A program made the position numbers and the translations under genes. Positions 26,891 to 40,899 of a DNA stretch of 64,000 nt are shown here, one piece after another. This DNA is from Octopus vulgaris (lineage: Eukaryota). Each line of letters begins with the position of its first letter. Position 1 is the first letter of the stretch. The stretch spans positions 9,982,001 to 10,046,000 of the forward strand of contig OX597823.1 of the NCBI GenBank assembly GCA_951406725.2, in the 5' to 3' direction. Under the pieces are notes generated by a model that made no database searches, had not been told where the DNA came from, and saw only the letters and a program-made list of their open reading frames with translations.

Positions 26891-27728
26891 AAACAGATTT
26901 TATCGAAGCGTGAATTTGTAACTGTGTTAGTAGTTGTCCATGGGGTCGTAGGTAGATTTCTCCGTTCAAATTATGATTGAATATATATACCATCAATAAA
27001 TTCAACTGGGAATGAACAGAAGAGGGAGCGGTTTGATCATCCCAAACGTGAAGTGGTGTGGGATTTCAAACAGTCATACAAAATGTATTCTCCATATTAA
27101 ATATAATTTATTTCGAGTGTGACGTCTGGGCTAACTTAATCTATTGTAAATATTTTAATCCAGTCATATACATGATAAAGTTAAACATGTAAAGATATAT
27201 AAGAAAACTCGTTCTCAAAGCGAGCTTCATAAAATAAATACATCCAGAAGCAACCAAAGAATATATGCATTATCCTTTGTCGAAACAATTTTCAGCAACA
27301 CTTAATAATTCTATATCACTAGCATACACCCTCGTAAAATTACCGTTGTTGGAAGACCAATAAAATAAACACTCTTTATATGCGCCTTCCTTTGACTTCA
27401 GCCTAAAAACAAGAGATTCAACATGTATTTCTCTTTCTAATCGATAAACATTTGCGTAAAAATCACGAATTCTCTCAGTTGTTTACCAGAACATACATAA
27501 ACGTCAAATTCTGTTACTTGGGAAACATTTCAAAAATAATAATCATAACTACATGAACATAATGCTAAACGTTTACGATATTCTCTTCTCTCAGTATGCA
27601 GCAGTAACAAAAAATAGGAATCTGCTCCTAAAGAGATGATATTTTCATAGAGATATGATTGTCTATGAAACGCGCCAGCTACATGTGGCTGACAAACATC
27701 CATTTAAAACTCGACTATATTGAAATAA

Positions 27729-27985
27729 CCGGCGACGCGTTGTGTCCTTGAGCAAGACACTTTATTTCACGTTGCTCCAGTCCACTCAGCTGGCAAAAAT
27801 GAGTTGTACTTGTATCTGAAAGGGTCAGCCTTGTCACTCTCTGTGTCACGCTGATTATCCCCGAGAACTATGTTAAGGGTACACGTGTCTGTGGAATGCT
27901 CAGCCATTTGCACGTTAATTTCACGAGCAAGCTGTTCCGTTGATCGTATCAGCTGGGACCCTCGTCGTCGTAACCGGCGGAGTCT
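27729..27985 (+). mobile_element. 5'-truncated SINE: CORE-like domain joined to the family C 3' half
   Basis: gttgtgtccttgagcaagacacttt...ctcagctg...aaatgag resembles the CORE domain; from ~27802 it matches 25822-26003. Confidence 0.8.
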
Positions 27986-28639
27986 TTTTAAGATATTGAA
28001 ATAAAAACACGCATGTCAACGTTAAAATGCCTCTCTGCGTTTCCTCGTCTTGTTAGAAATAGAAACCAAATAGAAACCAAACATACTTAACTCTCATTAT
28101 ATCTTCGAATAGTGATACATTAGAGAATTTCGATCTAGCTTTACCTTCAAAGCTGTATACCTACTGCTAGGTCTATTTTCAATAGATCTGTTAAACCAAG
28201 TTGGTTTGGTATAAACAAAAAAATCCTTTATATACGTGACAGTTTTCATAAGATAAATAAACTTATAAACACTCATCTTTTCTCCATCATCTTCGTACAT
28301 GTTTGAAAGCAATTTGGAATTAAAGATTTTGCCGCTCTTCACCAAGTCTATTATTGAATTGATTGGTTGAATAAATCTGAAACTTCTCTTGATAATTGGT
28401 TAGCACTGACCTCGTCCGAGAAGTTTCACTTTGTATAGTTTCTAGGCAACTTATTTCATAGCTTCTTATATATCCTATAAAAATATACGCTACGCGTGAT
28501 TATATCTACATGTATGTATGTATGTATGTATGTATGTATGTATGTATGTATGTATGTATGTATGTATGTATGTATGTATTTATGTATTTATGTATGTATG
28601 TATGTATGTATGTATGTATTTATTTATTTATTTATGTCA

Positions 28640-29170
28640 GTCACTCTCGAGTGCTATTGGTAACATGTAACCCAGTACAACCTATTGCATGATCGGGTCG
28701 TCGGCAACTAAGCCGACAACCCCACCAAGCTTGCTTGGTGAGGAGGGTGATTATTGGACACCCTGTGGCATGAAAAACAAAACCCGTCAAAGGGCGGAGG
28801 AACTTTTGAGAGTCAACGGCCATCCAATAAAGGTCTTAAGGCTGTATCATGCGCGGGGACATAGAAATAATCGAACTGAATACCTGATCGCGCGGTTAAA
28901 CCATTGGGAGTGAAGGACTCCTAGCCTTTGTTAGGGCATCCTTCTAGGAGAAGGTAACTCAGGTAACTGGGATAACTCCGACATAAAACCTGCGGCTCAG
29001 TGGTTACCGATGATGTTGACTTGTTCTTCTGTTCGGATTATGGCTGCTGTTGTTTAGTGAGTGGGATTGACTCAGTGCACAGCCTTTCCTCACTTAAAAA
29101 AATCTTCTTGCACAGTTATTGCACGATAACAACATTGATTAAGCTTCATGCAATGGCCATACACGATAAG
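28640..29170 (+). mobile_element. RTE-clade LINE 5' UTR-like fragment, following (TATG)n
   Basis: Motifs catccttctaggagaaggtaactc and cacttaaaaaaatcttcttgcacag resemble RTE 5' UTRs (recalled, not searched); a second partial copy lies at 13805. Confidence 0.55.
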
Positions 29171-30392
29171 GAGGGGGCAGCCACCGTATTTTTGTATGCA
29201 TGTACGTACTTAAGGATTGGGTAAAATTCTAGTAGGAGGCGTATGAAATACTGGACTTAAATTAGGAAAGCAATTTTCTTGTCGTCCACCAATGACGGTT
29301 ACAAGTAAAAGAAACTGTAGATACTTTCGAAACAACACGCACTTTTCATACAGAATTTAAACGGGTTGCAATGAAGGAGGAAGCTTGGTTGCAATATCTG
29401 CACACATGTATGTTTGACTCCTCAGTCACCAGCGAAGGCACAAGTGAAAGTATAAATTTGTGTGAGTACACAATGCTTCTAATGGGCGGTGATGGACTTC
29501 TTCAGTCACGTATGCACAACCGTCATGTATTTATGTATATGAAGTCTATTTGAATTTTTTCATTGCAGTCTTCAAATTGGTCACTAACAGAGTTGTAAGT
29601 CTGTTTTATCAAAGCTGGTGCGCTAGAGAAAATGCCTGGTGTCTTCATATATTTATGCATGCATGTGAGGGTAATTTTGTACTCTTATAGCAGATGTGCA
29701 CCCCACTTTTGTATTCAAGTACATGTGCTTCATTTCTGTTAATATCCATGTAGAAGTATACCCTTATGTATGCATGAATACGTATGCACATACTTATGAA
29801 TGCAAATATGCATATACGTAGGTATGAGTCTACGACTGCATGTACTTAGTTATGTAGGAACGTATATGTAATTATTTATACATATTGATAGCTGAGGGAA
29901 TTTAAAAGTATTCTTTAACACCACCTACTATTCGTTTGTTTAGTGCATATCTCGCTAAAACCGTATGGGGACCATTGAAATTTAATAATGCACTTCCATT
30001 TTACTCTCATATTAGTGAATTCTCCTATTTACAGTAACTTGTAGGATTTTCGTTTCTTTTATGTTTGATATTTTCCATCGCAATACTATCTTTAAGAAGA
30101 TTATTTTCACACTTGCTGCTACGACTTGAAGAATATCCTTCACGAATAAGTTATATAGAATACAGTTTGACTAAAATGATTCCAGTTATGAATTTAAGTA
30201 AAATGCAGGATTTCTTTGAAAATGTATGTGGAATACCATTAACGTATCAAGCATAACCGGTTCTTTTCAAAATATTACTGTGCTTGATTCTAATACTTTT
30301 TACGCCTGATTCGAAAAAAAAACCTACACTTTTCGATATGTTAAGAATTAGCTCATAGCAACCGTTTAATTAAATCATTTTAAAGATACTTA

Positions 30393-30768
30393 TATCTTTT
30401 CTGCTCTAGGCACAAGGCCCTAAATTTTGGGGGAGAGGCCAACTGGTACTTAATATATCGACCCCGAAAGGAGGAAAAGCAAAGTCGGCCTCAGCGGAAT
30501 TTGAGCTCAGAACGTAAAGACAGACGAAATACCTATTTTTTTACTACCCACAAGGGGCTAAACACAGAGGGGACAAAGAAGGACAGACACACGGATTAAC
30601 TCGATTACATCGACCCCAGTGCGTAACTGGTACTTATTTAATCGACCCCGAAAGGATGGAAGGCAAAGTCGACATCGGCGGACTTGTGAACTCAGAACGT
30701 AGCGGCAGACGAATAACCGCTAAGCATTTCGCCCGGCGTGCTAACGTTTCTGTCAACTCGCCGCCTTA
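30393..30768 (-). mobile_element. SINE family B (30531-30768) followed by a duplicated or older B fragment
   Basis: Two successive reverse copies of the central domain (atcgaccccgaaagga..aaa.gcaaagtcg). Confidence 0.85.
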
Positions 30769-30933
30769 AAGATTCTTAAATCTGCTGGAAAATTCTTTCA
30801 TCTTAATTTGTACCTTAGTGGCAGTAGATAGTAACAAATATTTCATCGCAGATAGGTACTAACAATAAAGCTGATACTGTGTTTTAAGATATATACGTAG
30901 ACGTTTGCGGAAAAACTAAGAGAAATAGTCTAT

Positions 30934-31612
30934 AGGCACAGGCGTAGCTGTGTGATAAGAAGCTTACTTCCGGTTCCGGTTGTTTAGTTTTCTTCACTCA
31001 CCTGTACAAGCCGCCACGCTGGTCTGCAGCGGACGAAAGTTGTTTCTGAAAGAGGCTCTGCTGTAAGGTAAGACTTTTAGCTTTGTGGGTCTAGTTGAGG
31101 TACGTTGTTTGTGATATTTATTTTTTGTTCAAGCAAGGAGTTCTCACTGAATTCTGCGCTTTGGTCTGCCTGCAGTAGAGCATTTTGTTTTTCTCACTTA
31201 ATTATGAGAATTGCTATTTGGAGGCGTATCCCGCCCCCAAATTTAATTTAATTTGAGAATTGTGTTATTCTCAATTAATTGTGAGAACTGTTCCTCTTTA
31301 ATTTCCTGGGATTTTTTAAAAAACAAATTCGAGGAATTGGACAATAATTGTGAGAAGCTGTCTTCCAGTTGAATGTTTTTATGTGTATGTGTCTTTGTGT
31401 CTGTGTTTATCTCCCCAACATCGCTTCACAACTGATGTTGGTGTGCTTAGGTCCCCGTAACTTAGCGGTTCGGCAAAAGAGACCGATAGAATAAGTACTA
31501 GGTTTACAAAGAATAAGTTCTGGGGTTGACTTCTTCGAATAAAATCACTTTAAGGCGGTGCTCCAAAATGGCGGCAGTCAGATGGCTGAAACATGTAAAG
31601 GAATAAAAGAAT
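30934..31612 (+). mobile_element. SINE family A whose middle is replaced by an unrelated ~410-bp insert (30971-31378)
   Basis: Head ggcacaggcgtagctgtgtgataagaagcttacttc, then unrelated sequence, then the family A tail from ~31380. Confidence 0.75.
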
Positions 31613-33705
31613 TCGAAAACTTGCACTTTGGGAGACGAATGATATGCCTAAATCTTTTGTGGGGGAATCAACGAGAGAAAGAAACGATATGAGTATCAGA
31701 TAGACCTGGATGAAAAAGCCAACTAGCTATCAAGTCCAGAGACGTTTAAGCCAATATGGTGACGTAGAAATCCAGAGGAAATGAAAGTTCCCCTTAGACC
31801 GTGTTGTTGCTCGATTTAAACCAAAAATAGCTAATACGGCTTTGTTTTGAGTTTTGTAGAGGACAAGCAGTCATTTAGGATTAGAATATTTTTCTATTTT
31901 CAGACTTTAGCACAAAACTGCATTGCTTTCATCGTATTTGTGATGTTGGAGTTGAAAGCCATAAAGTGTTCTGTACCAGTGTCAAAGTCATGGTTATTGT
32001 ACGTTATATGAAAACCTATTTCCTCCAATCCAGATAAACACCTAAAGCGACAAACATATTATATTTAACAGTAATACAACCGGGTTTTGGAAACATTGGT
32101 CTAACGTAACAAAACGGAAGGCAATGGGTGCTGTTTGATTTGTTTGATTGTAAAGATCATTGAATTTGTTCATACTTTGTGACTGCTTGTATGTGTTTTG
32201 AAAAATAGCGTATCGTAAAAAGAAACGTTTGTACATATATTTGTTCTGTGCGTGGGTATGCAGGTCTGACAGCGTGAGTGGGTAAGTGAAGGTATTTATG
32301 TGATTGTGTGTGTGTGTGTGTGCATTTGTTTGTGAGTTTCTGTGTGAGTGTGTGAGTGTGACTAATCACGTGTTCAACAGCAGACGGTGACTGAACGTGT
32401 ACTCAGAGCAGAGAGAGAACGTGAGTGCACCTAACCAATAAAGAATAAAGAATAAAGAGTTTAGACGTTAATAATTGGACAAATTAGCCATTTAAAACCT
32501 CTTTACACGGGTAACAATCTGGAGTGAGAATGGTTTCTACGTTAGTGGATATAACAATAGTTAAGTTTTCTATTAACAGAAATAAAACCAGCAGAAATGT
32601 ACGTGGGTTGCTGATTTTCTCTTCAGCTCAGAACAATTATTTACCATCAATGCAGATGCGTCTCTTGATTTTTCCTGATAAAATAGATATAGACTCTACA
32701 TGGATATATCTTTTCCTCTAATAAAGCTGTGAAACTTAATCCACATCACGTTTAACATAAATGTGTGTGTTTGAGTGTGTGTGTGTGTGTGCAGATATAT
32801 ATATATATATATATATACGTGTGTATGCATAGGTATATATGTATATGCGTGCGTGAGTGCGTGAGTGCGTATGTGTGAATGTATGCATGAATATATACTA
32901 TGTAATATGTATGCATGTATTTATGTATACACACTCATGCATACATACATAATCGCACATACACAGATACACAAAACCAGAGAGATACGAGTAGCTAAAC
33001 GCATAGATATATACATTGATAGACAAATATGGTAGAAAAAGTTATCGTATTCTTTTAAACTTGTTCTAAAATAAATTTGAAGACCTATCCTCCAGAGAAA
33101 ACTGAAGTATTGCTATATACAGACATAGAGGCGACTGCTTAGGAAACTGAATTGCCGTATTGTCCTAAGAGCAATCAATATTTAAATGGCAGTATAAATA
33201 TAGTGTATGACACGTCTGGTGCCCAATAGTATCATACTGAACTAGTTTGAATAATTTGTTACTAAGGGAAGATAACCTTATTAACTATATATACTTATTA
33301 TCCTTACAGATGAGATATAAAGGAATCAATCGTAAAATACTCTATTCAAAATTAGGGTCTATTTAGTTGTATTAAACCCTATGGAGATTTCATTGCATGG
33401 AGTGATACACGGGATCAGATCCTTTTCTTCGTGTCTGATGCAAACGCAATTGAATTAAGATAGCTACAATAGGTTGCTAAGGAAAAATAGCTAAAAAGAA
33501 AGTTTCATCTTATAACAATATATATTGTTGATTTTCTCTAGATTACATAATGGAATCTAAACTTCGTTTGGATCATGGAGTCTATGCGTTTTGTATGAGA
33601 AAAGAATTTGACCACCATGAAATTCAGGTCATTAGGTAGAGTAACTGAGTTTGTTTTGTGAATCTCATATTTCTCATTCTCTCTCGCTCTCCCCCTCACT
33701 CTCAC

Positions 33706-33762
<57 letters not shown>

Positions 33763-33764
<2 letters not shown>

Positions 33765-33966
33765 GTAAATTAATATGTGACAATTATACAATAGCCAAGA
33801 TAAAACTGTGAGTTTCGGATGCCGAAGCGGAAATCCACAATACCATCTCTTCGGTTATCTGGCCATCTGAAAAACGCTATGAAATATTAATTTACAAATA
33901 AATTTCCTCTATTTACATAATATTGAGGTCTCTTTCTTTCTTTCGTTATCTTACCGTTTTTACCAA
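33763..33966 (-). mobile_element. Short module between (TA)n arrays carrying a hammerhead motif
   Basis: ~200-bp unique sequence bounded by long (TA)n tracts; contains the motif at 33798-33860. Confidence 0.65.
33798..33860 (-). ncRNA. Type I hammerhead ribozyme-like motif (core CCGAAGA, long stem/loop II)
   Basis: Minus strand reads AGATAA-CCGAAGA-GATG...CATC C-GAAA-CT CAC AG-TT-TTATCT: 6-bp stem I, stem II GATG/CATC, stem III CT/AG, GUU triplet. Confidence 0.7.
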
Positions 33967-33996
33967 TACATATACATATATATATATGCATACATG

Positions 33997-34136
<140 letters not shown>

Positions 34137-34151
34137 CAGAAGGTGAGAGAC

Positions 34152-34227
<76 letters not shown>

Positions 34228-34608
34228 GAAACAAACATAGATAAAAATTCCATTGATACTTCTTTGAGCTTAATCCAAAGTTACTGAAGAAATGAATGAG
34301 AGCAATCTCAAGTGTTCTGAAGTAGAACTGAATTTGCACGAAATAACCTAAACATAAATTAATTGATTTAGTTTTTGAGGTGAACGACTGACATCATTTT
34401 CTTGGTTTCTCTTTGGTAATGAAATTTCAAGACAGACACACTGATAATGTTTGATGATACGTATAGTACCCATATATATATCACTGTAGGTAAATGTGGG
34501 TGACGTCGGTACTTGGAGGCTGGTTCGAATGTTCACAACCCATCGAATTGTGCGAAAGCTCCCGAAACACCCGGTGGAACTAATGTCTGCAAATTGTAGA
34601 CACAGCAA

Positions 34609-34720
<112 letters not shown>

Positions 34721-35286
34721 CATATATATATAAATATATATATATATGAACACAAAATAATAAATATCATATATTCTTCACAGATTTCCTACAATTGCAT
34801 ACTTCTTCCAAGGAACTGGCTCGCAAGAAGAATCAAAATATACCTAACCATAAACGAAGCTTGAAAAGTCTTACCGTTAATATTGAAGGTTAAATTAGGT
34901 AAATTCTATGTTACCTGCTCACAATCTGCTCTTGAATATCATATCAATTCTATACAGTTACTTAAATATTTATTAACAATGCGAAGTACACCAATAAGTA
35001 CTCGTATAACGTGAATTTATAATACTGTAAAATTTTCAGATTTCGAAGCAAATGTGTATAAATATACTCCATTGGAGATATTCTCCTCTGCAACGTGGCT
35101 GATCACAAGATTCTATTTACTGTGCCCAACAATTAAATAATACCTGATATGTTTGCATTTGACTGTTCGTTTTTATATGTATTCAATAACACGGACATTG
35201 TTTATATTGCTCTATGTTCTTATTCCTAAGAACAACGGAGAATTAATATACTTGTAAGCAACGTGCATAAGTTACAAAACTGAACA

Positions 35287-35451
35287 GGCGCAGGAGTGGC
35301 TGTGTGGTAAGTAGCTTGCTAACCAACCACATGGTTCCGGGTTCAGTCTCACTGCGTGGCATCTTGGGCAAGTGTCTTCTGCTATAGCCCCGGGCCGACC
35401 AAAGCCTTGTGATTGGATTTGGTAGACGGAAACTGAAAGAAGCCTGTCGTA

Positions 35452-35484
<33 letters not shown>

Positions 35485-35694
35485 GTGGGGGGGGTTGTGT
35501 GTCTGTGTTTGTCCCCCTAGCATTGCTTGACAACCGATGCTGGTGTGTTTATGCCCCCGTCACTTAGCGGTTCGGCAAAAGAGACCGATAGAATAAGTAC
35601 TGGGCTTACAAAGAATAAGTCCCGGGGTCGATTTGCTCGACTAAAGGCGGTGCTCCAGCATGGCCGCAGTCAAATTACTGAAACAAGTAAAGAG
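35287..35694 (+). mobile_element. SINE family A, full length
   Basis: Near-identical to 4946-5369. Confidence 0.95.
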
Positions 35695-36079
35695 ATGGCT
35701 GATGGCTTATAAAGATATCGTAGCAACAATCAATTTCTAGAGTTATAATGAGAGAATAAGACACGCCAATTATTTCATTTTGAAGTTGAAACTACGAAGG
35801 GCTCGAAATATTGATGGTGTTCATAAGTATCCTTTGAATACCAGAAGCAAGGAATTCGTACGTATATAAAAAAAAAGTAAAGAAAAATTATAAAACTAGA
35901 GCACAATCGCATTTGAGCACACACGGACACACACAAATACACATACGCATGTACAGTATTTAAAGCATTATGGGAGACTATGCCTATGTCTATATATCAG
36001 TCTTTGTAAGTAATTATCTACTTATTCATCCATATAGTCACTCAGCTATCTCTCTATCTATCTATCTATCCATCCATCT

Positions 36080-36788
36080 GTCGAACGACTGCTGTCACGT
36101 GTGGGACGTGTCGGTTTATCAGCCGAGTCTATCGTTAATATCGTCACGCCTCCTTCCTTCAAACGGGAAGGAAGAGCTATTTTTATCATACTTGTGGCTA
36201 TGGCGAAAGAATGTATCTGGTGGACGCGTCTGAAAGGATTAGAGACAAACACTTTCCTCTCTGGTCAATCTCTCATCAACTTCTTCAAGTATCACTTGAA
36301 GAGGAAAGTGAGAGTAGAGAGGCAAGTTTTGTCTAGTGAATGTTTTAAAAAAAGATGGGTGAATGTAGCAAGGATGGCACGTATGAATGACGAAGCCACC
36401 TTGACTATGATTCTATGAACCATAAAAATTAATACAGAGAGTTGTTTATTTGCAAAAAGAAAAAAAAAAAGAAATATAACATGTGACTTCATTGACCGAG
36501 GTTACCGTGGTCTTTTCCGTAGGCTTTTCTTTCCACGGGTAAACCTCACCTGTCCTCCCCTTTACACTTCATATTGATATTTCTGCGATAACGATCCCTA
36601 TTATTCATTTTTTATTTTTTATTTTTATTTATTCCCCCCCCCTTTTTTTTTGTCCTTTTTCTTTCCTTTTACGATCCCTTTTGATCGAAAACCACCACTC
36701 TCCTTTTTTTTTTTTTACCCCCAAAAGAAAAGCTCTACCTTGTAATTTGTTCTATCTGTGTGCAGCCCTGTGTGGCTAATAAAGAAAC
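36080..36788 (+). mobile_element. 5'-truncated Tx1/L1-clade LINE (ORF2 C-terminus + 3' UTR) inserted in a (TATC)n microsatellite
   Basis: Open frame to 36418 with AKECIWWTR...FKKRW, typical of Tx1/L1 ORF2 ends; 16-bp duplication atctatccatccatct at 36064-36079 and 36789-36804. Confidence 0.85.
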
Positions 36789-36813
36789 ATCTATCCATCC
36801 ATCTATCTATCTG

Positions 36814-36850
<37 letters not shown>

Positions 36851-36863
36851 TTATCTATCTATC

Positions 36864-37071
36864 CCTATTGATCGTTTTTTTCCTCTTTTTCTTCTTTTTT
36901 CATTTTTCTTTTCTTTTGTTCATTTTCCATTTTTTTGTTGTTCTTTTTTCCCTTTTACGATCCTTTTTGATCGAAAACCTACGCCACTTTTTCTTTTCAT
37001 CCCCCAAAAGAAAAGCTCTACCTTGTAACTTGTCCCATCTGTGTGCAGCCCTGTGTGGCCAATTAAGAAAC
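36864..37071 (+). mobile_element. Second, shorter 3' end of the same Tx1-like LINE, also in (TATC)n
   Basis: ccccaaaagaaaagctctaccttgtaa.ttgt....tctgtgtgcagccctgtgtgg..aat.aagaaac repeats 36718-36788. Confidence 0.85.
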
Positions 37072-37117
37072 TTATCTATCTATCTATCTTTCTATCTATT
37101 TATCTAACTGTCTATCA

Positions 37118-37157
<40 letters not shown>

Positions 37158-37719
37158 GTCTCTCTGTCTATCTATTTATCTATATATCTATCTATATAGT
37201 TATCTATCTAATTGATCGATCAAAAGGATGATATTCATATCTGCATTAATATGAGAAATACTAAGAATACGAGATACATATGAAACAGCTACAACAGAAA
37301 TAACAACAACAACAACAACAGCAATGACAGCAGCAACAACAGCAACGACCGTGACAACGACAAGAACAATAATATACAGCGGCAGACTGAATTAAATTGC
37401 GAAATTAGCTGGAGCTGGAAATTCAAGGATACACTCAAACGAGAAATGATATTCACATGAATATATCTATAACTATTGGGAACAGGATTTAGAATTTAGG
37501 CCAAAAATCCCCAGCCGCCACTCAGGTGATATAAAGAGGAATTAATTGACTTCAAAAGGAGATATCATGAGATGATGACTGTAATAATGGCTTTATTCCT
37601 GAACTGAAGAGGCAATAATAGTAAGGGCCATTACATATTGTTAGCGGGTTATCCTCTCTGTATTAATGAGGGATTCCGTCGCTTCCAATGCCATTCGGCT
37701 ACATATGTGTGCCTGTGTA

Positions 37720-37814
<95 letters not shown>

Positions 37815-37880
37815 TTATTTATCTATCTATCTATCTATCTATCTTGCTTTCTCTCTGTCTCTCTCTATATATATATATGA

Positions 37881-37937
<57 letters not shown>

Positions 37938-37941
<4 letters not shown>

Positions 37942-38050
37942 AGTGGTTGTGTGGTACGTAGCTTGCTTACCAACAACATCGTACCGGGTTCAGTCCTACT
38001 GCGTGGCATCTTGGGCAATTTGGTAGACAGAAACTGAAAGAAGCCCGTCG

Positions 38051-38107
<57 letters not shown>

Positions 38108-38330
38108 GCGTGTGTATATGTTTGTGTGTCTGTGTTTTTCCCCATGAACATCGCATGACAACCGATACTGGTGTGTTTACATCTCTGTAACATAGCGGTT
38201 CGGCAAAAGAATACGTACTAGGCTTACCGAGAATAAGTCCTGGGGTCGATTTGTTCGACTACGGGCGGTGCTCCAGCATGGCCTCAGTCAAATGACTGAA
38301 ACAAATAAAAGTACAACAGAATAAAAGAAT
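37938..38330 (+). mobile_element. SINE family A with deletions
   Basis: Family A head, microsatellite and tail are recognisable. Confidence 0.85.
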
Positions 38331-38366
<36 letters not shown>

Positions 38367-38391
38367 ATATCTGTATCAATCTATCTATCTA

Positions 38392-38498
38392 TTTCATTCT
38401 TTGCAGTTCTTTTAATTGTTTCATTCATTTGACTGCAGCCATGTTGCAGCACCGTCTTTAGTCGGACAAATCGACACTGGGACTTATTCTTTGTAACC
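38392..38498 (-). mobile_element. SINE family A 3' fragment, inverted relative to the adjacent copy
   Basis: tttcattcatttgactgcagccatgttgcagcaccgtctttagtcg is the reverse of the family A tail. Confidence 0.8.
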
Positions 38499-38552
38499 CA
38501 TCTTTTGAACATAGAGTTCTGCGTTGAGCGTTTGATACATATACATACATAT

Positions 38553-38644
<92 letters not shown>

Positions 38645-38735
38645 GAAAAAACACCTTTTATCAATTCAAAATGAAAAATTAAATTACACCATCTAAAAAT
38701 TACATATAATAGAAATATTAAATATAAGATAAAAA

Positions 38736-38770
<35 letters not shown>

Positions 38771-39044
38771 TCTATGTATGTATGTATGTATATATATATA
38801 TAAAATTACTGTTAAGAAAAGCTGTGATACGTGGCATTCAGTTCCTTGGCGGATGAATAATGCATTGAATACTAAAAGACGTGTACATAGGACAAGCACA
38901 GTAGGACCCTAATTTGTCATCAGTCTTCGATCGAAATACTACTATTTACTTGCATACCTGTAATGATAAGACTGAGAACTTCGCCTATCGATCAAACAAA
39001 ACGATACACCCCCACAAACACATATATATGCACGCATAAACATA

Positions 39045-39798
39045 CCTCAGATTCGGCAATGACACCGAGTTCACCCTATTTCCACTCTACCAGTCATTCA
39101 CTGTAACACCTGTCTGTGTTCGGATTGTCATTGTTGCACAGGGGCCATCCGGACTCCAGTCTTTGCCATGAACAAGAATTAATCTTCTCTCTACGCTCCT
39201 TTGTGCTACATGGGCTCAACTCCCCTCCTTTCTTCATCTGACACCTAATTCTCTCTTCATTGATACCAACCCACCCTATCCCACGGACCCTGCCCACCCC
39301 CACATCACCACTCCTGCCCCACTTCCCCCACACCAACCTCGCCTCACATCACCCAACACCACTCCACACACTCTAGCACTGACCACTCACCAGCACCCAC
39401 ACCATACACCAGCACCCGCACACCCACATACTATCCTCTGGTCATCCACACACCCACTCGTTACAAGCGCACATCCATACCTTACAAACTCACCCACCCA
39501 CACATATACAATCTCTCATACATACACATGCACGCGCACCTTCATTTTGGGATCACCAATACTTTATTATCTCTCCTTTTTTCAACCTATCCTTTCAAAC
39601 ATTTTTTCCCAGCCAGTCACCATGCTTGAATGCTAAATCCACAAATCATTTTCACTCTCTGTTTATTTTCTCTTATTCCTTTCCGTTGAAGAGCGTAGGC
39701 TCGAAATGTTAGAGCATGAAACTAATACACTTCAAACTAATACACTTGATTGTTATTCATACACCTGTCTTCGTCGTTTATTCTCTGTACATTTTAAC
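39045..39798 (+). mobile_element. Penelope-like element remnant: GIY-YIG endonuclease C-terminus + 3'/pLTR region (PLE-1)
   Basis: 39167-39241 translates HEQELIFSLRSFVLHGLNSPPFFI*, matching the PLE E..(W/L)I..L.(T/S)..P.GLN end motif. A hammerhead-like motif lies at 39678-39715 and the element ends in (TA)n. Confidence 0.8.
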
Positions 39799-40899
39799 TA
39801 TATATATATATGTGTGTGTGTACGTGTGTATTTGTGTATGTGTACACACACGCAAACGCACACGTACCTACACTTATATCATGCCCACACGAGCACGTAC
39901 ACACGTATATCATGCACACATTAGCACGTACACACTCACAAACGCGCACACACAAACACACACATAAACGCACAGACACACGCACACACATACGAAGCGC
40001 GTGAGAAAGTCACAGAGAGATCGTGCGTGTGCGTACGTGTATTACAGAGAGTGATTGGTTGCGTTAGATGGATATAGATAGTAGAATGTTTCTAAAGATG
40101 AACTGACTGATAAACTGGCAACGAAAAATATATTATTTAGACATTACACTCTGTTCAGACGCCCGCGCTCTGACTCTGACACAAACAAATTTTCGCCTTC
40201 AAATACGCAAGCATCTAATGCAAAGAAGTAACATATAAAATAACGTAAGGAAGATAAATTTTGTGGGGCCAAAGCTTGGTTTAATTATTGTTTGACCTCA
40301 GTTTAACCTCAGTTCAGCACTCCTGGTAGAGGTCATATTGTTAGAGATTCTCTCGGTGGTGATTTTGGAGAAGATAACCGTGACAATATCATCGGCGATA
40401 GTGATGGTGGTGGTGGTGGGAGTAAAGTCATAATGAATGTAATGATATTGATGATATATTGCTTACTTATATGGTTGTTGCCTTTCTTTTTTGTTAATGA
40501 AACTCAGAAATAATGGCTAAAAGCATTCTAATGACGACTGTAAATTCCATTGTTTACGGAAGTCAAGAACTTTTTTTTATGGAGTACCGTGTTAACAGAC
40601 GTTTGGTTTCTATTTCTAGCTGGTTCAGAGTCCACTTAAGCTTCCCGTTCTGGCTGTTAGAAAACTTCATGAATGAATGATCTTTCTGAAAACGAAACTG
40701 TTTTTTTTTTTTTTTTGTGGTGGTTATGATAATGATAATGCTGATGCGATAATGATGGTATCAGTTATGATGTTGTTAATCTCTTTATCTCTTTAGCGAC
40801 ACCAGGTAATCAGATGCCTCTCTGTTTGTACCAAAGTGCTCTCGTCAAATGCAGTTTCCGAGTGATCAACTACCAAGTTATTTGGAGGTGAATGGTGCG

